Assembly: GCA_951406725.2 (NCBI GenBank)
Contig: OX597818.1
Coordinates: 145,514,001-145,578,000, forward strand
DNA length: 64,000 nt
Origin: Octopus vulgaris
Taxonomy: Eukaryota
Direction of reading: 5' to 3'
The position numbers and the translations under genes are program-made. A model generated the notes under the pieces. The model saw only the letters and a program-made list of their open reading frames with translations, had not been told where the DNA came from and made no database searches. Shown here piece by piece: positions 44,274-57,934 of this stretch; within the stretch, counting starts at the first letter, position 1; the number at the start of each line of letters is the position of its first letter.

Positions 44274-45469
44274 AGAGAGCGAGGGTGAAAATTATATTTA
44301 TCATAATACACGCTCACAAAGACAAACTCACCCACACACATATATGCAGATGTACACACACATACACACACACATGTATATATGTGTGTGTATGTGTGTG
44401 AGTATATATATATGTATATATGTATGTATAAATATATATAATCGTATGGATACATATATGTATGCATGTATATTTATATGATTATATGATGCATGTATAT
44501 ATGTATGTATGCATGCATGTATGTATGTATGTACGTATGTATTTATGCATGTATGCATGTATGTATGCATGCAGGCATGCATCTATGTATATATGTGTTT
44601 GTGTATACCAATTTAATTTAAGTTTATGAAAGGAAACTGTCAGATAAGCAGATTTTGATATCACTTCAATTTCTTTCTGAAAGAATAACTGTTTCGTTAA
44701 CAATTTAATCATATAGTTATTCTTGTTTCTTTTTCAAAACAGTTGTCCATTGACTGTGACAATAACACATGTTAGTCTAATAAAGAAATTATAGCAGTAA
44801 CTGTCGTGTAATCTATCTACGAAATCTATTTCTTTTATTCATTTATGTATTACCTCATTCCAACGATTGTTGAAAATATTGTCTTTAAATAACGGCGTTT
44901 AACAAAATGTATCAACGTTGTTGTTGTTGCCAATATTGTTTTTGTCGTACATTTTGTTGTTTAGTTCCAAGTTGACGTTGGTCGAAAACACATTTATGAT
45001 CAACAGCATATCACTCATGAACATCCTTTTCTTTTTTAACTACATGCATCCTTTGACTCCAGTAGCCAAGCTGTCCATTCAATATGTTAAGGAAATGATT
45101 TGTGTACAACTTGAGGAAGACATAGGTGCTATTTCTAGGCGGTCATGCGACCACGTATAGGTGACATAACTGGTTCGTATTTTCGTGCTTCAGTATAAAA
45201 ATCAATAAGAATATGAGGAACAACTGATTTACAGTGTTTATACTTTTATACTCTGGGCACAAAGATTACCAGGATGGGCCTATACTCACCCGTAGTATCT
45301 TCTGGGTTGATACAGTAAGTATCAGCAATGCACTGAACTTGATTTCACACAATTACACTTTCCTCCACCTCCACATGTAATAGTCTTTCTTTCAAAAGAA
45401 GAAATTCCTATTAAAAATTCGTAAAGCATTATTAGTTAATTTTGGAAATATAACGGTGATGACACTAAA

Positions 45470-45852
45470 AGTTAAAGACCTCCATCGGCTATGAACGACT
45501 ATGAGCTTGCACCGAGAAAGTTCCCCTCCGAGGCACAAGTCCGGGCGAGGTACAAGTCCACGCAAAGCATAAGTCCGGGCGAGGCACAGGTCTGGGCAAG
45601 GTTGTTTATGGAAGACCAGCATTTGCCCATGCATACCAGCCTTCTCTCTCAACGCCATCGATGCTATCCAAGGGAAAGGCAATGGCCGATACAGCTTGGC
45701 ACCAGTGACATCGCAACTAAATTCTACAGCTGAGTGAACTGAAGCAACGTGAAATAAAGTGGCTTGGTCAAGAACACAACACACAGCCCGGCCTGGGACT
45801 CGAATTCACTACCTCACTATTGTGAGTCCGACGCTCTAACGACTGAGCCATA
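45470..45852 (-). mobile_element. tRNA-derived SINE (family C-related head, different body)
   Basis: Reverse complement TGGCTCAGTCGTTAGAGCG...ATTCGAGTCCC...TGTGTTCTTGACCAAGCCACTTTATTTCACG...GGTGCCAAGCTGTATCGGCC; internal tandem copies of GAGGCACAAGTCCGGGC at 45530-45598. Confidence 0.8.
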
Positions 45853-46321
45853 ATTCTAGATACATGATGCAGTGATACTTGAATACTATTTAACGATTCT
45901 AACCAAAGTATATCCGTTTGCACTTTTACAGGTTACAGTACTTAGAATGACGCTTAGATAGGGCACAGAGCATATTTAATCGAAGGCAATCTCAATCGAT
46001 AGTAAAATCTTTAAAATTTCCACCATGTTTGCTCTCTCTCTCGCTTAATTTCTCTCTCTCTTTTTCTCTCCTTTAATTTTCTTTCGTTCCCTAGCTCACA
46101 TTTACTGCTATCACCTTACGTAAAATATGTTTTCTCCTAAGAAACAACAATCGCAGATTTCCAAACCCCTTAATGTTTGGATGATTTGAGAATACTGGAA
46201 AACATTTTCCTGGGGCACGAAATAAAGGTTAATAGATTGTGTCTATTTCAAATATGTGACAGACCTTTAGCTTAAAAAGGCAACTGAGTTTAAGAAATGT
46301 AATATATTATATATCTGATTT

Positions 46322-46724
<403 letters not shown>

Positions 46725-49514
46725 GAAAACAATAGAGTATCATGTTTTTCATTAAATAGGCGAACGGGTGGTTATGGTTTAGTAACCAGAACCACCCGTT
46801 CTATATGAGCTAATCTTAAAATATGCTCCTCAGTCTGCCTTAAAGGTGAAGCATTACGGATTATCTGCACAGTCAACAAATGCTAGCTTAATTATGTAAA
46901 CTCTTATGACATCACTTATATTACAGTGATCGATAATAAAAAAAATGTTTATTCAATCAACTTCATTATTATATATCATCAACAACACTTTCCTATAAGA
47001 CGGAAGAGATTGCCATAACGTATATAACAATGAGAACACGGTTTAAGATCGTTATAAATAGGGCCAAATATCATCCTGTTTTACGATGTACGTGTAACAG
47101 CTTCTTTGTTAAACACTTGAGATGGTGCAACTATACTGAATCTGAGTTCAATTATACTTGAAACCGCATAATAGCAAAATCACATGGTTAATGTAATTTC
47201 AGATATTGTATGCTTGAAAGAAAAAAAGATGGGGTGGTCAGGACTGGAATGTCTTTAATTATATTTCTGTTCGATCAGGAATGACCTGAGCCAAAAACAG
47301 CAAAATCTCTAAAGCCGTTTCTACTGTAATCATAGTAATATGGGATATTAGCTTGCTTAGAAAACATATTGGAGTTTCATAGAAGAGTTGAACCGAGCAC
47401 TTGGGGGAATTAGATTTAATAGATGAATGAACCGCAAAGTTTACTAGAATTGAGTATCCATACCAATTATTGAGACGGTAGCATCAAAAGTATATATTCA
47501 TTTTGCCAGAGTGAGCAGGGATAATTTCAAATGCTCTGGTATGGTATGTATTAGTTCATTATAGAGAACATTCAGAAACGATGTAAACAGTGTGGATTCA
47601 ATTAAATATGTTAACTAATCAGGCCTGGCCACATTCAGTACTCTATATTTAATTACTGTTTTTCTCATCACTACCTATGGAAATACTGTGAGAATGTTTA
47701 ATATGAGTAAATCATGTTCAGAGTTATCACCCGTGTAGGCGAAAATGATTAAAACGTCAGTCAATGAGTTAATATTATCTTTTCTTAACTGCATAAATAG
47801 ATTTTAACTACATGCATTATGTTCACTGCATTAATTTTATGCTAGAAATTAATATTTTTAGTCGTTCAATTATAGAGTCGGTACAGAAGATCATTCATTT
47901 GCAGGTGAAAGCAATGACGACTAAATCTGAAGTTAGGTTAGTGGTATAAATTTTTTCTATCGATGTTTACACCGGCCACCGCAAGTTAGAAATAGTAAGA
48001 TGTAACTCTTGACTTTTAGAAAGAAACAAACGCATTAGATGTCAGGATCTCTGGAAATTTCAAGTAAAGTTTTACTGAGGCTCTTTTAGCTTTCAATTAG
48101 CTTACAAATATTTTCTTGTTTATAGTTCGCTTTACGAGATGATTTCTGTGTTTTTGAAATGCTAGCAAGTGACAAAAGTAGGAAACTTAAGGGAAGCCTT
48201 AATAACTAGATGCCATTGTGCTTCTGAAGCCAAGTTTGACAGAAATGGATTTGTGATCAATTTATATTTTTAAGCAATAGCTAATATGGAAAAGTTAACA
48301 GAATTAGTTGCACTGTTAAATCTGAGTGAAAACGCTTGGGGCGAATATCGAGTATTTTCATTTCAATTAATTAGACCTCCGATGCATGATCAAAAACATT
48401 ATTTTCTTAATTCTCGATTTTGCAAGCTCATAAATCAATGGCTAGATGAGAAAAATATTTAAATTGTTGTTAAAATAGTTTTCAAAGTGAATGTACTCTT
48501 AATGTACGAAGAGGTTTCGAGTTCACTTTACCTCCTCGGCTCACTTCCCTAAAGACTTTTATCTTAAATTCTTTGATCTAAAGAGTGTGTATTGATTAAC
48601 GAATGCGTAAGCAGGGGGAAGTGTAGCCTCAAGTTGCAAAGAATAAATTCTCTCACTCTACCTGTCATTATTTCAGAACAAAGATATTTTAGTTTGATTC
48701 ATTAGTCAAGAATTGTTGATCTTAATCTGTTACTCAGGGCGTTTTGTTGTATAAAATCTTAATTTACATAACTAACGTATTCTGTGGAGCAGAAACTTTT
48801 AATTTACATCGACCGCTCACTTAGATTCACTACCGTAGAGGCTGGTTTATTTATGACAGCAGTCGCTATTAGCTTCCTATGATTCATTAAACGGAAACCA
48901 AAATTTGTATCCTTTGTCTTTGGAAAACTTCGTCTAATACTGAATTAAGGAAGCATGTCTATTACAGTGGAAGAATTTAATTCTGATTTACTAACTATAG
49001 AACCAGTTGTATATTGGAAACCAGTTTCTGTATCGACTAGTGACCTCTACTTTCTATTTCCGGTTAGAATCATGTCTCTACACACACATCGTTAATGATA
49101 TTAGGAAAGGAATTAAGGACTTTCTTGTAAATATCTAGCTAATGCTTATTTAAGAAGAAACAATCATATTTCCTTTGTGAGAAATATCGCCAGAGAATAT
49201 CTGTTTATGCGACTACATGAACACCTAACACCGTTTGCGAATATATGATACAAGTTGATATAATTTATCATCAAGTGTGAGTGACGGCTATAGTTATATC
49301 GTATATACGTGTGTGCCTGTGTGTGCGCGCACGCATTTATAAATTTGTGTATGTATGTATATATATATATTGGGTTTTAATCTTGCGCTATTTATTGTTA
49401 CATGTATTATATAATAATAATATAGCGATACTTTTCTGATAAAATATTAATGAAACAATTGTAAGACTATGTAATAAAGCGAATTGGTCACTCTGTTCTC
49501 CTTGCTGATAATAA

Positions 49515-49723
<209 letters not shown>

Positions 49724-51361
49724 CAAACATACATACATACATATATCAAAGACATAGGATTTTATATGCATATATAAAATACATATACACAGTGGAGTCA
49801 GTAGCAGCAGTATATTATAGTTTTCTGGGTACTTATGACATATTTGCAAGAAATACATTTTCAAATCCCTAAATACTTCAAAAATTATCTCTCCCTTTTC
49901 CTGGTGATGTAGTGAGAGAAAAAATTACTTCTTTCTATGACCAGTTGTTGTTGTTGTTGTTGTTGCTGTTCTTGTTCTTGTTGTTGTTAACTCCAGGTCC
50001 ACCCTGATTGAATATACCTATAATCAATAACTTTCCATCCATCATAACCTCATATTGTTTTCAAAAGTAATGGATCAGACAAACAAACACAACTTTCGTT
50101 TCTTAAGGCTGCAGGGCGTGACTTTTGGCAATTAGCACTCGGCATAGACGTTCGCTCGTTAGTTTGAGACACTAAACTCTAGAAAAGCCGGTTTAGCTGC
50201 TCCAGAAGTGAGACAAGGTCACAATATCAGACATGTCTGTTTAAATCCTATTGAAACTAAATTCATCTTTGATCTGTGCTCTAGCATTGTAGAAGATTTG
50301 ACGATTAATGAACCAGCGAGCTAGTCTTTAGACATACTAGAAATAGTAACCAACTGTTCTTCAGATCACACACTACTATAGATATGAAACTGAAGAGCAC
50401 TTCACATAATGTAGTTTTAGACTGGGCGAAAATTAAGATGAGGTGATCATATTTTGAATGTTGATGATTAGACATCGGCTCAGGTAAAGAGGACTTAGTT
50501 CTAAAAAACAACGGCTATAAAGCAAAGAAACAAACAAGCAAAATGACAGTTCCTTTCTTTCTTCTTAACTATTATCTGTATTTCCATATTTATCATCAAC
50601 TGACTATTGAGACTTTGCTCTGTGTGTGCAAACAAATAACTATATAGGTATTTATTATAAGGTTACCGGAATTCCAGTAACCTTATTTCTTCTGTCAGAT
50701 CATGAAGAATATATTGCGAATGAAAGTTGTCAATTTAGCCGTGATAGAACAAATTTATGATCATAAGACCATTACTCGTTTTATTTTAGAGCTAACTATA
50801 TATAGAAAATTACATCATTACTTCTTTAAAAAACGGGAGAGCGTTATATGATGGAAATTTGGCTTCCATTTCTAGCAAGTCACTGGCTAATGAAGAGTAT
50901 GAATGCTTAGATATAATTTACTCTGTTATATAAAACTACAGACCATCTCACACAATTGTACAAACACTCAATGAAAGGCATAGCTTATTCATTCACTTAA
51001 ACTATCACATACAAATACACAGATATTCGCACTTAGATATATGACTAAAGCTCATATGCACTATCAGAAAGATCATCAAACGTATTCATGTGTTCAGGCA
51101 TAAGCACTCATACTTTTATACACATATATAAAAGCTCAAGCGCAATTTTGTTTTTTTTTTTTGTGATCCGTATCTTTCTACGCGATTATATTGGTTTAAC
51201 ATTCAGGCAATGAGCTGCTGATCCAATGATTTTTATAACGAAGGATGAAGTTTAGTGATATTCAAACTTTTCTGAGTGATATTCACACTCGCGAAAAAGG
51301 GAAAGGTCTTTCACGTTTCGAGCCTACATTCTTCATGGTGATATATACATATATATGTGTA

Positions 51362-51449
<88 letters not shown>

Positions 51450-52229
51450 CTTTCACTCATACATACATACACATATATATGTGTGTATATATATATATAT
51501 ATATTTATTTATTTATTTGTGTGTGTGTGTTTGTCTGTGTGTGCGTGTGTGTGTGTATGTGTGTGCTGGTCTGTTCTTGTAAATGTGTACTCTTACACAA
51601 ACACATGCTGCCCTTAGTGGCTGAAAAGACAGTTGTGCAGATATATACGTACCAATAGATACATACATACATATATGCGTATGTACGCGCGCAGTAAATA
51701 TGAGTATAGAATGGAAAAATCTGCTGTTAAAGAGATCGTATCTTGACATAATTAAATACTGTTATGAGGTTTTCCTAACCATGATGGACCACATAACTGA
51801 TACAAATTTAATTGTAGGTGGCAAGTGGAGATTAGGACTAAATGTACTTTAATAACCATGATATATGAGTGTAATGGTGTGAAAATGTATAGCATAACGT
51901 GCCTGAGAAGAAATAAATATGATAAGAGAAAAAAGACCAATAAAAATGTTTTAAGTGAATCATTGATATCTGTGTATATTAATTGGTCGTTGTGACTGTT
52001 TACATCTCACACTTGAAGTATATATAGAAGTTCGTATCCCGGTTAACATGAAATACACATACACACAAAATATACACTTGTGTGTGTGCGTTTATTTTTA
52101 ATTTTCTTCTTATCAATCTGGTGTGACGGAGGTTAAAGTAAGCATTGAGAGAGAAAATTAGCAGCTATTATTGATATGATTGGATATAGGTGAATCCCAA
52201 CACCTAGTCTTCGGTGGCCCGCTCTAAGA

Positions 52230-52440
52230 AGGCGAGCTGGCAGAATTGTTAGCAGTGAGAACAAAACGCTTAGCGGCATTTCCTCCGTCTCTACGTTCTG
52301 ATTTCAAATCCACCGAGGTCCATCTTGCCTTTCATTCTGCCGGAGTCGATTAAATAATACCAGTCGAGCCCTGGGGTCGATGTAATCGACTTATCTCTTC
52401 CCCTGAAATTGATGGCCTTGTCCCAAAATTGAAACCAATG
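52230..52440 (+). mobile_element. SINE family B, complete
   Basis: GGCGAGCTGGCAGAATTGTTAGCA head, GATTTCAAATCC B box, GCCTTTCAT...GTCGAT...TACCAG core; flanking repeat CCGCTCT(AA/CT)GAAGGC at 52219 and 52446. Confidence 0.85.
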
Positions 52441-52589
52441 AGTTACCGCTCTCTGAAGGCCAAGATTTATTTTATTTTATTTTCTCTTTTCATATACTTA
52501 CACATTTTCTCATAGTTCACAAACCCCTTAATGGTGTATAAGTGCGCCTAGCTCTAGGAAGACACGAGTCAACGAAGAAAGAGTCGCCG

Positions 52590-53071
52590 GAGTTGATTGG
52601 CCTGAAAATTATTTCTGCCAATTGTGCTTGTTGATTGTCGTACTGCTGTCAAGGCAGATTTGGGTTTTTCTTCTGCAGAGCTATTGTATGGTACCACACT
52701 GACATTGCCTGGTACGATGTTGGTGCCAGACACTACACAGCCCCATGATTCGGCGTCTTATGTCGCCAGACTGCGTTCTTATTTTTTAAAATCTTCCGCC
52801 CGTGGTTTCCAGGCAACAATCTCCACCCTCTCATGTCCCACCGGATATGGACACTTGGTCGCATGTTTTTGTTCGAGACGACTCTGTCAAGGGACCTCTT
52901 GCTTCTCCTTATAAAGGACCTTTCCGTGAGCTTTCTCGCACACCCAAAGTTTTCACCATCGAAATGAATGGTCATGCGGAGACCGTTTCAGTGGACCGAC
53001 TAAAAAAAGCACATTTTGAGGTGTCTTCATCTCTTGATGACACCGCTGCCACACCCCTCAAGTGTTCCTGA
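52590..53071 (+). pseudogene. Gypsy/Ty3 integrase C-terminal fragment (GPY/F module)
   Basis: RTAVKADLGFSSAELLYGTTLTLPG, then after a frameshift (~52785) HVFVRDDSVKGPLASPYKGPF...VSVDRLKKAH. Confidence 0.88.
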
Positions 53072-53941
53072 AACTCTCATCTTGTTACAATATTAAACAA
53101 ATTTCCCTCATATTACATCGTATTTTAGAAGAAAATGAAGGATACTCTACATTATGCAGCCTTGAATGTTTGAAAAGCGGGACTGGCCTATACTAGAACG
53201 TCTTTGATCATAGATCTGTAGCACCAAAGTGAGATTGAACAACGAAAACAGCAGCAATAACATATCGAAAGGCTTCAGATATTTTTATTATATCTGAAAA
53301 AGAAAAAAGAAAAGAAAAAAAGGCTGTAGCTATTTAATGTGTATTTACTTCGGCGACTGGCTTGATCAAGTTTATAAATATTTTCTAGGTTGGAACTGGC
53401 ATTCATTTTCCCTTATAATACATTTATAAACAACTTTTTAAAAAGAAAGAATCTAGAATTATGACTTGGATGCACATTTGAAATGTTTTGTTCTCTTTTT
53501 TATCTTATTATTTATTTATTTATTTCTTCTTATCGATTTGCTTGGTTATCTATATTGCTTATAGATTAGCTTTTCGTTTAGCTAAAAGTTTTTTTTGCAA
53601 ACTAAAAGCAACAATCTGTGTTATATGCATGCACACTCTGCATAGATATTTGAATGAATGTGCGCATGCGCATGCAAAATTATATGCGCTAATAAAAACA
53701 TCTATGTATGTATGTATCTATCCCTAACTTATATAAATATATAATTAATATGAACAGCAGTTTGCAGTGTTTCACCAAAAAGGAGAAATATATATGTCAC
53801 TAGATTCGACTAGGGTGTTAGAAAATGCCAACAGTGCTAGAAATAAGAGCTAAAACGCACAAATGCTGTAGTTGACGCACATGAATGAAAACATATACAC
53901 AAACAGGAACCATAATCAGACGAAAGTGCCAGTCGAGAATT

Positions 53942-53992
53942 CTTGATGCTGACGCGTTAGTTTCGGCAATTTCCATCGCCTCATCAGTCAAG
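53942..53992 (-). ncRNA. Type I hammerhead ribozyme (left arm, cleavage-triplet U>C)
   Basis: Minus strand CTTGA CTGATGA GGCGA-TGGAAA-TTGCC GAAA CTAACGCGTCAG CA TCAAG; stem I CTTGA/TCAAG is perfect. Confidence 0.8.
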
Positions 53993-54503
53993 GCAGCATG
54001 TCCTCTGTACCTTCTGGACTCGCTTCGCCATTAGTATTTGTTTTCGTCGTCCAAATAATTGGATGATTTAGCGATTCGCTAATGTGTATACATAAAATTA
54101 ACATGAGCAGCAGTTTGCGATGTTTTACCAAAAAAGGAGAATAATAAATGTCACTAAATGCGACTAGGATGTTGGAAATCATCTGCATTGCTATAAATAC
54201 GAATTCTCGACCGGCACTTTTCGGATGATTATGGTCCCTGTTAGTGTAGATGCTTTCATTCATGTACAGTAACTACAGCATTTGAGCGTTTTAGCTCTTA
54301 TATCTAGCAATGTAGCTGTTTTATAACACCCTAGTCGCATTTGGTGACATTTGTAATTCTCTTTTTTGGTGAAACATTGCAAACTGTTGTTCATATTAAT
54401 TTTGTACATACACATTAGCCATTAGCGCATCGCTAAATCATCTAAATTATTTTGATGAGGAAAATATAAATACTAATGGCTAAGCGAGTTCGGAATGAAT
54501 TGA

Positions 54504-54576
54504 GGTCGAGCTGGCTTAACTGACGAGGCGGCGAAAATTGCCGAAACTGACACGTCATTAATAAGAATTCTCGACC
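54504..54576 (+). ncRNA. Extended type I hammerhead ribozyme (right arm)
   Basis: GGTCGAG CTGG CTTAA CTGACGA GGCGG-CGAAAA-TTGCC GAAA CTGAC-AC-GTCAT TA ATAAG AATT CTCGACC. Core intact; stem I has an internal loop and a perfect distal GGTCGAG/CTCGACC helix. Confidence 0.82.
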
Positions 54577-54714
54577 GGAACCTTTCGGACGATTATGTTC
54601 CTTGTTAGTGTATATGTTTTCATTTATGTACATTGACTGCGGCATTAAATTGTTTTAGTTCTTATTTCTAGCACTGTAGGTGTTTTCTAACACTCTAGAC
54701 GCATTTATTTTATA

Positions 54715-54746
<32 letters not shown>

Positions 54747-54829
54747 TACATACATATATATATATATATACTTGTGTACCTAAGCACTTACGCAGACGCT
54801 GGTAGCTATATATATATATATGTATATGT

Positions 54830-55060
54830 ATAAATTTTATTTCGTAATGAGATAAAAAAAAAACCAAGGCTGTGTAGATTTTACAACATTTAAAGATAGG
54901 TCTTAGAGCTGTTTCCGGGACATTTATTATATCCCTTCATTGGGGACGGTGTGAGAGGATGGTTAAGAAATAGTTAATTTAGACAAGATATAAAATAGAG
55001 AGTGAGGTGGAGGAAATAAAAGAAAATAGATGTGATATATGTAGGGATATTGCATTTGTA
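54830..55060 (-). mobile_element. Penelope-like pseudo-LTR fragment with decayed HHR
   Basis: Minus strand 54900-54947: GTCC CCAATGA A-GGGAT...GTCCC-G GAAAC AGCT CTA AGAC (core and stem III mutated). Confidence 0.5.
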
Positions 55061-55765
55061 GATAGATATATATAATATGTGTGTGTGAGCGTATGGAGGT
55101 ATTTAGGTATGTATGTGTTTGTGTGTGTTTAGATATATAAACAGATAAATAGATAATTCAACATAATCATGTTTATTTATGTACATACTTATGTACATAG
55201 ATATAATTCTGTATGTCTAACGCACACACGCGTATACATATACATCGTTAAAAAAACTCGGAATGACGATTTGCGAAATTTCAGCTTTGTATATAAAATA
55301 TGTGTATATTTATACTTATACATACTAACATTCTATAACGCACCTTTACATCATTAATACAAAATTTACCCTTTTCAGTACATTACTTTGCAAAATAAAA
55401 AATGTTTTGTTAGCCAAGCAGAAAAAAAGTGAAGAGAATTAATTTTAAATCTGCGAAAACGGAATAAAGTCAATGCATTGGCGGTTCCACACGAACACAG
55501 CGAATCGATATGTATATATATATAAAAAAAAAAACGTTGTAAAGGGATTCCATTGTGAGCTTTCTTGGACGTGACACGAACTTATCAAGAATATTATATT
55601 TTTTCTTCTCCCTCTTAATCCTTGTTTTGAGGACTTCACTCAGTCGTGCAAATCCTTTTGCATTTCGATGAATAATTCGAATTTTCAGGAATTTTTCAAT
55701 ATCAGATACAAATTACGCTCAGAAATATGTATAGAAATCACTATCAATGCCATCATTATCATCGA

Positions 55766-55873
<108 letters not shown>

Positions 55874-57239
55874 AAGAGAAAGATGTCACTTTGGAGTTCG
55901 TAAGTTGTCACTGAACTTTCTTGTCTTGAATTGAAGGAGATGATTTTGGTTTTTGCTGTACCATTTTATTATTCAGTCAGCCAACATCTTCTCAGTTTAG
56001 TTGGCCTTGTGAAACTTTCGCCACTTCTGGGTGTAATCCGTGCATATTTTGTGACATTTATACTTTTATTTAAAAATAACATAAAAGCCTGCTGTCGAAT
56101 TTTCAGCGAAATGTCAGGGAATGTATTGGAAGAGCTGTTTTGACGCTGCCGTTCCACCTTTAAAACAAAGCACGACCATTGCCATTAAGATTGCCGACTG
56201 AAACAGCAGCAACAACAACATTAGTTTACATCAGCAACAAAGCAAAAGAAAAGAACGATAAAAGCAGAAATAGACAAAATGAAAAGGAGAATAAAAAATA
56301 AAAACTAATGTCAAAACGACAGCAACAACAACAAAAATGAGAACGTAGGACAAAAACAAAACAACTGAAATTGTCCTTTCAAAGCACCAGCCATGACCAT
56401 CACCACTAACGCCAACACAAAAATTAATACTTGAAACTTGCAAATCTATCGTTGGTGAGCTCGCCAATACAGCCAAGTGGATAGAAGGAGAACGTGTTTT
56501 ATCTTTGGTAGAATTAAAAGTGCGTGAAACATACGTCTGAGGTAGAGGAAAATTTCCTAATAAAAAGTAGGAAAATAGAGAAGGCGACACAGCAAATAGA
56601 AAAGGCCTCAGACTATTCTAGGTGAAGAAAACATCGTTAAGAGAAAGAGTATGGCTCGGTAGAGGCGAGATTCCCTACGGAGGATGAGGCCAGGAAACAC
56701 TTCATACAACCCTTAAGATTCATGACTTGATTCTCATACCAATCAACCTTGACTGTAAGGTGGTAAAAGTATAGGTATTCAACGTACCGCCAGAAATGGA
56801 CGTCTGTGGGATAGTAGCGGTTGTCCTCTTCGACATAAAGGCAAAAAAAAAAACATTAAGAGGAAAAGTCCGATGTGTCGCTTGTGTGATGACACAAGCG
56901 AACTGTCCACAGTAAAAGAGAAGCAAGTCCCTCACTTATGTCGACGCCATCATCACAACAGCAACAACAGAAGTAGTAATGGCAGCGTGCAGCCAAACGG
57001 CACGAAGCAGAGCTTTCAGCTCCACTTCTACTTATTCATGAATATCGAAACTGAAGCAAGTATGGAAAACAAACACACAGAAAAATATGGAAAATGAGAA
57101 AAGATATCTCAACCCTTACTGAAAGAAGAATGGAATGCCCCACCCGAAAAAGCGAATTCTACAGAATTCTACAGAAATTATACCATATTACAAGTGTACA
57201 GAAATTATAGCATATCACATAAGAAAGTTATAATGACAA

Positions 57240-57670
57240 CTTTTATCTTCAGTAGAAGAGGGATATTCTAATGGAACTCCCTCGTACTTGGCACTAAAAC
57301 ATTTAACCGATATACTAAACCAGATTGGACAAAAATACAAATGTTGCGAGAGGATTATCAACTCTCAGGTCGTAAGCTGCAGGTGATGAATAACTTGAAA
57401 AACTATGAGATAGTACATGGATTCACTAGAATAATTAAATGGAGAATCACATGAGAAAATGTCCAAGCCCAACTTGAAGAGTTGAAAAATAAACTAGTAT
57501 CATAACCGATAAAGAAATATAACAACATCTACGTGCACCTTACAATAAAGAAGTAATAGAAAAGGTTACGAATGAGCATTTCAAACGCATTAGATTAATA
57601 CTTAAAACAGAGCTATATGTAAAAAAAAACGAAAGAGAATAGGCATCAAACCCCAAGCTCTCCTAGTAAA
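57240..57670 (+). pseudogene. Decayed R4/Dong RT fragment
   Basis: RRGIF, LALKHLTDILNQIGQKYKC and EKVTNEHFKRIRLILKTELYVKKN; the element may extend upstream to ~56600. Confidence 0.65.
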
Positions 57671-57679
57671 TATTTCGCA

Positions 57680-57815
57680 ATTGTAAGCGGATTTGGCAGA
57701 CAGAAACTGAAAGAAGTCTTCGGGTCAATTTCTTCGGCTAAAAAAACCCTTTAAAGGCGATGCTCCAGCATGGCCGCAGTTAAATGACTGAGACAGGTAA
57801 AGAATAAAGGAATAA
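57680..57815 (+). mobile_element. SINE family A, internally deleted fragment
   Basis: GGATTTGGCAGACAGAAACTGAAAGAAG joined to AGGCGATGCTCCAGCATGGCCGCAGTTAAATGACTGAGAC. Confidence 0.7.
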
Positions 57816-57872
57816 ACCCACACGCCCACACATACACCTAATACAGATATATTCATATGAATATGTGTGCTT

Positions 57873-57934
<62 letters not shown>

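Larger units (their letters stand above)
53740..54705. mobile_element. HHR-containing ~355-365 bp tandem repeat in two divergent arms (retrozyme-like or non-autonomous Penelope-like)
   Basis: Left arm: AATTAA(T/C)ATGA(A/G)CAGCAGTTTGC at 53743 and 54096. Right arm: GAATTCTCGACCGG at 54201 and 54565. The right arm is the reverse complement of left-arm sequence, with one HHR per arm. Confidence 0.85.

Noticed and set aside
45530-45598. Short direct repeats resembling a CRISPR array
   Set aside because: Adjacent ~17-bp units without unique spacers, inside a SINE, in eukaryotic context with no cas genes.
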